DNA of 32,000 nucleotides, from positions 1,500,001-1,532,000 of the forward strand of contig NC_010628.1 of assembly GCF_000020025.1 (NCBI RefSeq). The letters run 5' to 3'. Origin of the DNA: Nostoc punctiforme PCC 73102. GTDB lineage: Bacteria; Cyanobacteriota; Cyanobacteriia; Cyanobacteriales; Nostocaceae. The notes beneath the pieces are model-generated. The model was not told where the DNA came from. It did not search any database and saw nothing but the letters and a program-made list of their open reading frames with translations. The position numbers and the translations under genes are program-made. Shown here one piece after another: positions 7,936-16,114 of this stretch. Positions within the stretch are counted from its first letter, which is position 1. Each line of letters begins with the position of its first letter.

Positions 7936-10075
7936 AATATATTGTTATAAAGGACATGAAAATTCCCCAGGTAGTCGCTTTTGTCTCCAGTGTGGTGAAA
8001 AATTGTCGGGTGCGCCCATGAGTTATAGTATCCAACCGGGACTAACTTTAGGCGATCGCTATGTAATTGTGCGTCAAATTGGCCAAGGTGGCTTTGGACG
8101 CACTTATTTAGCCGAAGATGTCAACCGTTTCCGCGAACTTTGTGTTTTAAAAGAATTTTCCCCCCAAGTTCAAACCGCTTACGTTGTTCAAAAAGCAGAA
8201 GAACTGTTTGAGAGAGAAGCGAGTGTTCTCTATAAACTGCAACATCCGCAAATTCCCCGCTTCCGAGAACTGCTGCGGCTAAACTTAGGCGGCAAAGAAT
8301 ATCTGTTTTTGGTACAAGATTATGTAGAAGGGGAAACTTACAATTCTTTGTTAAATGCGCGGTTACAGCAGGGTTTGCGCTTTACAGAAGCAGAAGTACG
8401 CCAATTGTTGCAGCAAATTTTGCCAGTGTTGGAATACATCCACTCACTGGGAGTAATTCATCGAGATATTTCTCCAGATAACTTAATGCTTCGGACTGTT
8501 GACAAATTGCCAGTTTTAATTGATTTTGGCGGTGTCAAACAAGTAGTAGCAACCGTAGCTTCCGAATATTACCAACCCGGCATGGTTGCATCTTCCCCAT
8601 CACCAACCCTATTAGGTAAGGTTGGATTTGCGCCCCCAGAACAGATGCAAACTGGGTTAGTATCTCCCCACAGCGACTTATACGCTTTAGCAGCATCAAT
8701 GTTGGTTTTACTGACAGGGAAACAGCCACAAGAATTAATTGATACCTATAATCTTACCTGGCAATGGCGACGGGAAGTAAGCGTAAGTCCGGTTTTGGCA
8801 CAGGTATTAGATAAAATGCTATCTGCCAGACCAAGCGATCGCTATCAATCAGTTCGTCAAGTAATCGAAGCCCTCAACCCGCCCCCAGCTAACTTTCCCC
8901 CAACTCAATATCCCACCCCACCACAACCCACATCCGCCACCGTCGCCATCTCCCCCCCATCCCCCTCATCTCCCTCATCCCCCCCATCTCCCCCCCCTCC
9001 CTCTTGGTGGACACCAACAAAAACTTTCTTAGTGGCGGCGGCGGTAGCTGGTAGTGTTGGATTAATTTGGTGGGGAGTGAATAGCAGCCGCAACGATATC
9101 GGGGAAGTTCAACCTACTCCTACAGCCAGCCCGACTCCAACCAGTAACCAACCAACCGATCCTTTAGCGCAATATTCACCAGCAGAACGGCAGCGTAAAG
9201 AAAAATTAAACGATCGCCGTCAACAGTTGGGGATTAACTCTAACTTCTATGTGAACTTGGTGAATCAAGTTTTTTGGGACAGAAACCCCAGTGTACGCGG
9301 GCGCACTCTCAGCGATGGGACTGAAGATGAGGGTTTGCGGGCAGAATGGGATAAAACAGCCTCAGAATTGCTGGAAAAACTAGCACCCCTGAGTTCGAAT
9401 ACCCGCCGACAACTGGGAACTTATACAAGCGCTGAACGCGATCGCTGGAAAGTAGAAGTCAACAAAATCAACGTTGGTAGTCGTTCTTTGTATGATTTGG
9501 GAGACGCTGCATTTTTAAGTGTATTCCCTGAACAGCGTGGTAAAGATTTCCGAGATCAGCCCATTGGACAAGTTTGGTACGGTTTTGTTAGCGATAAACT
9601 CAGTGCGATCCTCTCCGGTAGCGCTTTCCAGAAACTTGTCTTTGATCCGGGCGCTACTGGCAAAACAGTCAGTGGTAATCTTCAACCTGGTAGTGGCAAA
9701 GTATTTATTGCTGGACTTGCTAAAAATCAATCTCTGGAATTGAAACTACAAGCAAATTCCCAAGTTTTGTTATCAGTCTATTCACCCTCTGGCAAAATCC
9801 AATTTTTAGAAGATTCTACCAAGCGTAGTTTATCAACTAAATTACCAGAAAACGGATTTTACGAGTTTGTCGTGGTTTCCACAGCATCGAAACCAGTAGA
9901 CTATGAACTCACCGTTACAGCAGAAAATCCCACTCCTCCCCCATCGCCAACACCTACACCCACGGAAACATCCACGCCTGAACCAACACCAACACCAACA
10001 TCTACTCCCACAGAAACCCCCACACCTGAACTTACACCTACGCCTAGTGCTGAGGTGACTCCCCAGAAGAATTAA
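7928..10075 (+). CDS. Ser/Thr protein kinase, paralog of the upstream gene, with Pro-rich linker, TM helix, extracytoplasmic domain and PT-rich tail
   Basis: Zn ribbon YCYKGH..FCLQCG. Kinase motifs are GQGGFGRTY, HRDISPDNL, DFGGVK and GFAPPE. The linker reads SPPSPSSPSSPPSPPPPSWW and the TM segment FLVAAAVAGSVGLIWWGV. The C-terminal low-complexity tail reads PTPTPTETSTPEPTPTPTSTP. Confidence 0.9.
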   Translation: MTKIYCYKGHENSPGSRFCLQCGEKLSGAPMSYSIQPGLTLGDRYVIVRQIGQGGFGRTYLAEDVNRFRELCVLKEFSPQVQTAYVVQKAEELFEREASVLYKLQHPQIPRFRELLRLNLGGKEYLFLVQDYVEGETYNSLLNARLQQGLRFTEAEVRQLLQQILPVLEYIHSLGVIHRDISPDNLMLRTVDKLPVLIDFGGVKQVVATVASEYYQPGMVASSPSPTLLGKVGFAPPEQMQTGLVSPHSDLYALAASMLVLLTGKQPQELIDTYNLTWQWRREVSVSPVLAQVLDKMLSARPSDRYQSVRQVIEALNPPPANFPPTQYPTPPQPTSATVAISPPSPSSPSSPPSPPPPSWWTPTKTFLVAAAVAGSVGLIWWGVNSSRNDIGEVQPTPTASPTPTSNQPTDPLAQYSPAERQRKEKLNDRRQQLGINSNFYVNLVNQVFWDRNPSVRGRTLSDGTEDEGLRAEWDKTASELLEKLAPLSSNTRRQLGTYTSAERDRWKVEVNKINVGSRSLYDLGDAAFLSVFPEQRGKDFRDQPIGQVWYGFVSDKLSAILSGSAFQKLVFDPGATGKTVSGNLQPGSGKVFIAGLAKNQSLELKLQANSQVLLSVYSPSGKIQFLEDSTKRSLSTKLPENGFYEFVVVSTASKPVDYELTVTAENPTPPPSPTPTPTETSTPEPTPTPTSTPTETPTPELTPTPSAEVTPQKN

Positions 10076-10179
10076 AAATATCGGGGAAACCCAAGTAAGT
10101 TGACATTAAGACTATCCTGCTATAGGACTCGTATTTAATTGCGTGAAAAAACTCCGTACAACTCAAAAACCCTTCTTTG

Positions 10180-10340
10180 CTATTGCCTCTTGCCTATTCA
10201 ATACTTTTCGGGTTTGGGGGAAAGGAGAAAGGGAAAGGGTTTGAATTTCCCTTTCCCCAAAGCCCAGTAACCTTTCTCCAGACCAAAAGAGAGATTATTG
10301 GGTTTAACCGAAAAGTATTGCTTGCCTCTTGCCTTCCCAC
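10180..10340. repeat. MITE-like nested inverted-repeat element
   Basis: The outer inverted repeat is CAATACTTTTCGGGTT (10199-10214) against AACCGAAAAGTATTG (10306-10320). The inner hairpin is GGGAAAGGG (10231-10239) with CCCTTTCCC (10249-10257). It is flanked by TTGCCTCTTGCC direct repeats. Confidence 0.5.
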
Positions 10341-10430
10341 GCAAGTAAATATGACTACGCCACGCTGCGCGAACAAAAATCAAAGCGGATTCTTATAGAT
10401 CAGATTTTTGGTTTTTTGCGCGTAGTGCGG

Positions 10431-11201
10431 CTAAACCCCAAATTGTACGCTATCAAATATGACTAAGAAATCAATGCCAAACTGCTTATTAATAGCTGGA
10501 AGACTACATACTTTAGCACCACTAGCTAAATATATTTTTAGAATATTAGGAATCTCAAGGTTAGATGGATCTGGATGTGATTGAGAAACTTCTAAGAAAG
10601 ATTGTGAATTGGGATAAACCAAAATATTTGGATGCATAAGTGCATTTTGTTGAAAATAATTGTAAGCACAGCAAGCTACTAAAGGATCTTGTGTTGGTAA
10701 TGATACACAACCAAGAAGATATTTACTTTTGGTAAAAGATAAATAATTATTAACTCCTTGCCAAAGCAATACAAATGTTTTAAGACTACGATATTTCTTT
10801 GCTATGCATACACGTCCAATTTCCACACTTAATTGAAGCACTGAATCGGTAATTGCATTAATATCAAAGTACTTAGCTGAGTAAAAACCCAAGTTTTCAG
10901 ATGCTGTATTATAAGTTTGTAGTCGACAGCTTCCAATTATTTGATCGGTTTGTTTACAAATAATGATTAAATGATCAAAAACTGCATCAAAGTCGTCTTG
11001 ATCCATCTGACTCAAGTGAGAAATAGAGTATCCTACACCTAGTTCAATATTAAAAGCTTGAAAGCGCAACCTGAAAATTGGTTCTAATTCGTCTTTATTT
11101 GAAGCAAGTTTTAGGATATAGTTTTCAGTTTCGATTTCGGGAAAATATTTGAAGGAATCAGATGAATAAGTAAGTTCAGATGCAGAACTAATGTTTATCA
11201 T
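10431..11201 (-). CDS. GNAT-family N-acyltransferase, OlsB/hemolysin-like (putative N-acyl amino acid synthase)
   Basis: 256 aa. The pattern FRLRFQAFNIELGVG ... DQDDFDAVFDHLIIICKQTDQIIGSCRL ... FYSAKYFDI matches the Acetyltransf_5/OlsB-type signature as I remember it. The gene is visibly AT-rich. Confidence 0.7.
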   Translation of the reverse strand: MINISSASELTYSSDSFKYFPEIETENYILKLASNKDELEPIFRLRFQAFNIELGVGYSISHLSQMDQDDFDAVFDHLIIICKQTDQIIGSCRLQTYNTASENLGFYSAKYFDINAITDSVLQLSVEIGRVCIAKKYRSLKTFVLLWQGVNNYLSFTKSKYLLGCVSLPTQDPLVACCAYNYFQQNALMHPNILVYPNSQSFLEVSQSHPDPSNLEIPNILKIYLASGAKVCSLPAINKQFGIDFLVIFDSVQFGV

Positions 11202-11788
11202 TGGATTTCGATAATCAATATTGTGTCAGTGAAAGCGCAAATACTTAGAAATAATGCCTGATAAATCTTACATTAGTGAATATTCTGATGTTAAATAAAC
11301 AATTATTGTGCTTATAATTCCACCAGTTATGCTGTGAAAACTCTCTACAAAACTAATACCTGAGAAATATTCAATGCTATTTACTATTATTCCTGTCTGT
11401 CAGAAATTTATCTTGATCCAATTAAATCGTTTTCAACTACTATAACTAAGCATCAAAAACTCAAAATCTCAGAGTAAATAAACCACACTGAATGTAACCA
11501 CATTTATTAATAGATGATGCTTATATTTAAGTTTTTAGCTGTTTTTCTATAAATAATCAAGTACTTTTATTAAGTTAAAAAGACACAACCGCTAGAATTA
11601 TGTCTTTTTTTTTGAGTTGAAAGTTGCATTAATGTGGTTTTTTTTGAATTAAATCTTTAGGATTACTACTTATAAAAACATTAATATTTTTTATGAAAAC
11701 TAATGGTTAAAATTGCAACTAATTTACTGAAGAGAATCACAGAGGTTATTTTTTTGTGTCTGGGTTCTAAAATTTGCTTGTTGATATT

Positions 11789-12160
11789 ATGGGATTAAAA
11801 ATGCTTCATTTTTCACAATTACCTTGGTTAATTGTTACTATGTCTGCTTTCTGCAATTGTCTTGGCAATATTCTAATAAAGCAGTCACGTTTAGCAAGTA
11901 ATAATTCTACTAGTTTTATTGTAACCATCACTTCTCCTTGGTTTATTGCTGGTTTGATTGCTTACTGTATAGGGTTACTTTTATTCGCCAAAGCACTAGA
12001 TAAACTCCCTATTTCTATAGTAGTACCAACATCTCAAGGAATTGGATTTATTTTAGTTAATTTTATTTCCTATTGGCTATTTAAAGAAAGTTTGACATTC
12101 AACCAAATTATTGCAGTAAGTTTGATCTTTGCTGGGATTGTTGTCATAGCCTATCAATAA
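11789..12160 (+). CDS. small 4-TM membrane protein, SMR/EamA (ArnE/ArnF-like) family
   Basis: The track ORF starts at a TTG at 11774, but the ATGs at 11789 or 11801 are more likely starts. It has four hydrophobic segments of ~20 aa and is AT-rich like its neighbour. Confidence 0.65.
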   Translation: MGLKMLHFSQLPWLIVTMSAFCNCLGNILIKQSRLASNNSTSFIVTITSPWFIAGLIAYCIGLLLFAKALDKLPISIVVPTSQGIGFILVNFISYWLFKESLTFNQIIAVSLIFAGIVVIAYQ

Positions 12161-12213
12161 TTCAGTATTAAACTACTACCCTGACAATCCCATTCCTTCA
12201 AAGGGTGGGAGTG

Positions 12214-13188
12214 TCAAAATCCACCAGAAAACAATTTACCAACTTGCGCCAAATCGACATTTCCACCACTGATGATCACACCAATCCTCGACTCTGGTGC
12301 TGTCACCACACCTTCGAGTAAGGCTGCGGCTGCAAGTACTCCGGTGGGTTCAACTACAATTTTCAGACGTTCCCACAAGAAAAACATGGTGCGAAGAATT
12401 GCTTCTTCAGATACCGTCACCATATCATCGACGTAATGCAGCACTAAGGGGAAAGTAATTTTACCAAGGCTAGGAGTCCGCGCACCATCGGCGATGGTAT
12501 CAGGATTCTTGACAGTTTGCAGGGTTTTGGTGTGAAAAGAGCGGGTAGCATCGTCGGCAAGTGCTGGTTCTACCCCGATTACTTTACAATTGGGTAAAAG
12601 TGCTTTAGCTGCGATCGCACATCCTGAAAGTAATCCGCCACCGCCACAACAAACTAATAGCAAGTCCAATTCACCAACTTCTTGAATCAGTTCTAAAGCA
12701 GTTGTTCCCTGTCCGGCGACTACATGGGGATGATCGTAAGGAGGGATGAGTGTCAAAGAGCGATCGCTTGCTAAACTTTGGGCTAATTCTTCTCGGTTTG
12801 CCTCCTGGCGATTGTATAAAATTATCTCTGCACCATAACCACGAGTCGCAGTTTGTTTGACAGTGGGTGCATCATCAGGCATGACAATAGTGGTAGGGAT
12901 ATTGAGGAGTTTACCAGCTAGAGCGATCGCTTGAGCATGATTTCCTGATGAATAGGTGATAACGCCTGTTTGTTTTTGGGCTACCGATAGTTGCGCTAAG
13001 GCATTATACGCCCCTCTAAATTTAAATGCCCCGGTGCGTTGAAAGTTCTCGCATTTAAAGAATACTTGGCTATTGGTGCGATCGTTAACCATTCTAGAAG
13101 TTAGCACCGGCGTGCGATGGGCAATTCCCAAAATTCGCTCTTGTGCTGCTTGCACATCAGTTATAGTAACGGAATTAGTTTGTGACAT
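12214..13188 (-). CDS. PLP-dependent Ser/Thr dehydratase / serine racemase-like enzyme (no ACT regulatory domain)
   Basis: PLP-lysine motif FKCENFQRTGAFKFRGAYN and glycine loop GGGGLLSG. The track start at 13197 is a TTG, and the first ATG is at 13188. Confidence 0.85.
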   Translation of the reverse strand: MSQTNSVTITDVQAAQERILGIAHRTPVLTSRMVNDRTNSQVFFKCENFQRTGAFKFRGAYNALAQLSVAQKQTGVITYSSGNHAQAIALAGKLLNIPTTIVMPDDAPTVKQTATRGYGAEIILYNRQEANREELAQSLASDRSLTLIPPYDHPHVVAGQGTTALELIQEVGELDLLLVCCGGGGLLSGCAIAAKALLPNCKVIGVEPALADDATRSFHTKTLQTVKNPDTIADGARTPSLGKITFPLVLHYVDDMVTVSEEAILRTMFFLWERLKIVVEPTGVLAAAALLEGVVTAPESRIGVIISGGNVDLAQVGKLFSGGF

Positions 13189-13396
13189 TAATGACAATAT
13201 TAAATATTTTTGCTCTTGTTTATATAGATACAGATTTTTATATTTGCGTCTCTTATGCTTGATTGAAGCATACTCGTTTCAGGTGGATAGCATCATTTAT
13301 TGTCTGTATAAAAATAGCTACAGCAAACATTATATATTGCTGTAGCTAAATTTATAGAACTTAAATTAATTAACTCACATTCGCCATTTTTCTAGC

Positions 13397-14209
13397 ATGA
13401 ATAAAACATCTGAAAGTCGGCAAAAAAAAACTGCTCTAATTACAGGAGCGGCTAGTGGGATAGGCTATCAATTAACCCAGATTTTTGCCCGTCATGGTTA
13501 TAATCTGGTGTTAGTGGATAAGAATGAGCAGAAACTTACAGAAATCATAAATGAATTTCCGCAAAAGTTTGGTATTTTTGTGAAAATTTTGGCTAAGGAT
13601 TTATCTATCCCAACATCTCCAGAAGAAATTTTTAGAGAACTCCAGCAAGAATCCATCAAAATTGATGTGCTGGTTAACAATGCTGGCTTTGGCACTTATG
13701 GAGCATTCAGCGAAACAGACCTCAGTATTGAACTGCAAATGCTTCAGGTAAACATGGTGACATTGACTCATTTAACAAAGTTATTTCTCAAAGATATGGT
13801 CGAGCAAGACTATGGAAAAATATTAAATGTGGCCTCAGCAGCAGCTTTTCAACCAGGGCCTCTAATGGCAGTTTATTTTGCTACTAAAGCCTATGTCTTA
13901 TCCTTTTCAGAAGCGATCGCTAATGAATTAGAGGGTACTGGTGTTAGCGTGACTGTTCTTTGCCCCGGGCCAACAGCATCAGAATTCCAACAAACTGCTG
14001 CAATGGAAGATTCAAAGATTGCTAGCGTTAACAGAATGATGGATACGGCAACCGTTGCTAAAATTGGTTATCAGGGTTTAATGAAAAACAAAACTGTTGT
14101 TGTTCCTGGGATGAGAAATAAAATATTGACCGAAAGCGTCAGATTTACACCCAGAAATCTAGTAACAAAGGTTGTGAGAAGTATGCACGAACTTAAAAAA
14201 AATAGGTAG
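13397..14209 (+). CDS. short-chain dehydrogenase/reductase (SDR)
   Basis: TGAASGIGYQL Rossmann motif, NNAG, and the catalytic YFATK (YxxxK). Confidence 0.9.
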   Translation: MNKTSESRQKKTALITGAASGIGYQLTQIFARHGYNLVLVDKNEQKLTEIINEFPQKFGIFVKILAKDLSIPTSPEEIFRELQQESIKIDVLVNNAGFGTYGAFSETDLSIELQMLQVNMVTLTHLTKLFLKDMVEQDYGKILNVASAAAFQPGPLMAVYFATKAYVLSFSEAIANELEGTGVSVTVLCPGPTASEFQQTAAMEDSKIASVNRMMDTATVAKIGYQGLMKNKTVVVPGMRNKILTESVRFTPRNLVTKVVRSMHELKKNR

Positions 14210-14455
14210 CTCGATATTTTATCCTGTTTCAACTAAATCGCCAGACTAACTTTCTTCACACAACAAATTGCACAAGGGCATCTACCAAAAACTAGAGGGA
14301 TTAGCCATCCAACAACTAATAATTTAAGTCTAGCTATTATTTATTACTATCTTTTGGATATTCAATTCCCTCACTATAGTAAGATGTTTCCTCACTGTCT
14401 CAATCGTTATTATATTGATGAAATAGAAATTAAAGTTGACGAACTGAGGTAAGTA

Positions 14456-14656
14456 ATGACAATTGAATTGAAAGTTCCGAATATTAAAGGTGATGAGTGC
14501 GCCAAGAAAATAACTAAATCTATTTTGACGATGGAATCTGATGCCAAAGTAGATGTGAATGTTGATGCTAAAACCGTAACTGTAGATGCTGCGGCTTCTG
14601 AAGAGTCGATTAAACAGATAGTTCAATCTGCTGGTTATACGATAGAAGGCTATTAA
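14456..14656 (+). CDS. small heavy-metal-associated (HMA) fold protein with a degenerate metal site
   Basis: 66 aa with GAGG 8 nt upstream of the ATG. Its beta-alpha-beta-beta-alpha-beta-like pattern resembles CopZ/Atx1, but the site reads KGDECAKK, so only one Cys of the usual CxxC remains. Confidence 0.65.
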   Translation: MTIELKVPNIKGDECAKKITKSILTMESDAKVDVNVDAKTVTVDAAASEESIKQIVQSAGYTIEGY

Positions 14657-14727
14657 TGACTTCATCTAAATCTCCTCAGAAATTTTGATGAAGTAATTTA
14701 GTCGGCACAATTGCTTTTTTATATATT

Positions 14728-14744
14728 CGCCCGGAAACCGGGCG
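14728..14744 (+). terminator. GC-rich hairpin CGCCCGG-AAA-CCGGGCG downstream of the HMA gene
   Basis: Perfect 7-bp stem in an AT-rich context between convergent genes. There is no clean U-tract. Confidence 0.35.
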
Positions 14745-14903
14745 GAATATTAATAAACAGTATTTTTATCTTCTGCACGCTTGAAATACTTAGTTTTTAA
14801 CTTAATTGATAAACTGCAACAGATACAGACTAGATGATTTTGAAAGTATTGCTGTATATTTTGTTTGTCCTGACAAAAATTTTGAAATTTCCAGTATTTC
14901 TTT

Positions 14904-15848
14904 TCAAGAACGGATTAACATCGGGTCATAAATTTGACATTCCTGAACTCCATAATTGCCCAAAATCAAGCTAGCCTGCTCAAGCTCTTTGTCTGTGCCA
15001 CTAACGATGAGTATGTAATTGCCTTGAGAAATTTGCTCGTTGTAAAAACGTGCCCATTCATCTGCTATTCCTAGCCTCATAGCGTCAAAGCGCTCACTTA
15101 AATTAATACCAGTTAGCCCAATAAATTGAGAAGAATCTTTACAAATTAAAGACATCTGGTTTCCTGAAAAACCTGCTATATACATATCGTTAATTGCAGC
15201 TTTAGCATTATCTATGCTATCAAAACAACTAACAGCATACTTACTTAAAATCCCACTTTTATTAGGAATGGTAGTAGCAGAGTTTGTAGATAATTGCTCA
15301 CTACTTAGAGGCTCGTAAATACCAAATTCTTCAATACCCCAACGCTGTAGAATTGCTTCTACTTTAGCAATTTCAAAAGATGTACAATCCACGATTATGA
15401 AATAGTGCCCATGCTCTACTCGCTCGTTATATGCTCTAGCTTGCTCTTCCGATATTCCCCAACCAACTAATGCACCAGCAAAAGTGCCAGTAGCAGCACC
15501 AATACTTGCACCAACAAGGGTTGTAACCAAAGCAGTTGCAGCTGCGCCAGCCAGCATTATTGGCCCAACTCCAGGGATTGCTAAAGTCCCAAGACCTACT
15601 AATAAACCAGTCAACCCACCAACAGCGCCGCCTGAAAGCCCTCCTACTGTTGCACCCTCGTCGGCTTTATCACCAGTGCGCTCTTTAATTTCATCATTAG
15701 CAATCTCATGATTGCGAGCTATATTCTGTACAACTACAGATACTTTGTCCATCGCCAAGCCAGAATCTCTCAACTCATGTAGGGCCTGTTCTGCATCTCG
15801 ACGATGAGTAAATACGCCTACAGCACGTTGATATTGACTTAAAACCAT
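14904..15848 (-). CDS. membrane protein with two general-stress-protein-17M/DUF1269-like modules flanking a glycine-zipper segment
   Basis: 314 aa with AAGGAG upstream of the ATG. The Gly/Ala-rich TM zipper reads GGLSGGAVGGLTGLLVGLGTLAIPGVGPIMLAGAAATALV. The pattern 'YNE..S/EHG.Y.I.V' occurs twice. It sits at the position of the last gene of the scytonemin-type cluster. Confidence 0.8.
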   Translation of the reverse strand: MVLSQYQRAVGVFTHRRDAEQALHELRDSGLAMDKVSVVVQNIARNHEIANDEIKERTGDKADEGATVGGLSGGAVGGLTGLLVGLGTLAIPGVGPIMLAGAAATALVTTLVGASIGAATGTFAGALVGWGISEEQARAYNERVEHGHYFIIVDCTSFEIAKVEAILQRWGIEEFGIYEPLSSEQLSTNSATTIPNKSGILSKYAVSCFDSIDNAKAAINDMYIAGFSGNQMSLICKDSSQFIGLTGINLSERFDAMRLGIADEWARFYNEQISQGNYILIVSGTDKELEQASLILGNYGVQECQIYDPMLIRS

Positions 15849-16028
15849 TATTACTCCTTGGTAGCAGGGTCAATTAATTCCCCACAAATCTAGTTTTTCA
15901 TTACCTTGTAATCTTAAATACAATTTTATTTAACTCGGAACTATCGTAAGTAATAAAAATTATTATGGTTAAGGCAAGAGACGCGATGAATCGCCGTCTC
16001 TACAATAATCAGTCTTTCGTGCTGATGA

Positions 16029-16077
16029 AAACCCGACCAACGGATTCTTTTGTTTAAAAAATCTGTTGATCGGGTTT
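16029..16077 (-). terminator. possible intrinsic terminator after aroG
   Basis: On the minus strand there is an 18-bp stem (AAACCCGATCAACAGATT / AATCCGTTGGTCGGGTTT) with one G-U pair and one mismatch. It ends in GGGUUUUC, 38 nt after the aroG stop. Confidence 0.45.
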
Positions 16078-16114
16078 AGCCATTCACAAAAAATTAGCTG
16101 AGATTACACTCTGT

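Noticed and set aside
8905-9093. 62-aa minus-strand Gly-rich ORF
   Set aside because: It is the antisense shadow of the poly-Pro (poly-C) linker of kinase 2.
10177-10398. Three overlapping 60-73-aa ORFs on both strands
   Set aside because: They lie entirely within the nested inverted-repeat element and dispersed repeats, and they are mirror images of each other.
14330-14665. 111-aa minus-strand ORF antisense to the HMA gene
   Set aside because: It is an AT-rich, low-complexity translation with no RBS. The plus-strand 66-aa ORF has an SD sequence and a recognisable fold pattern.
15484-15711. 75-aa Pro/Ala-rich plus-strand ORF
   Set aside because: It is the antisense shadow of the Gly/Ala-rich zipper segment of the 314-aa gene.
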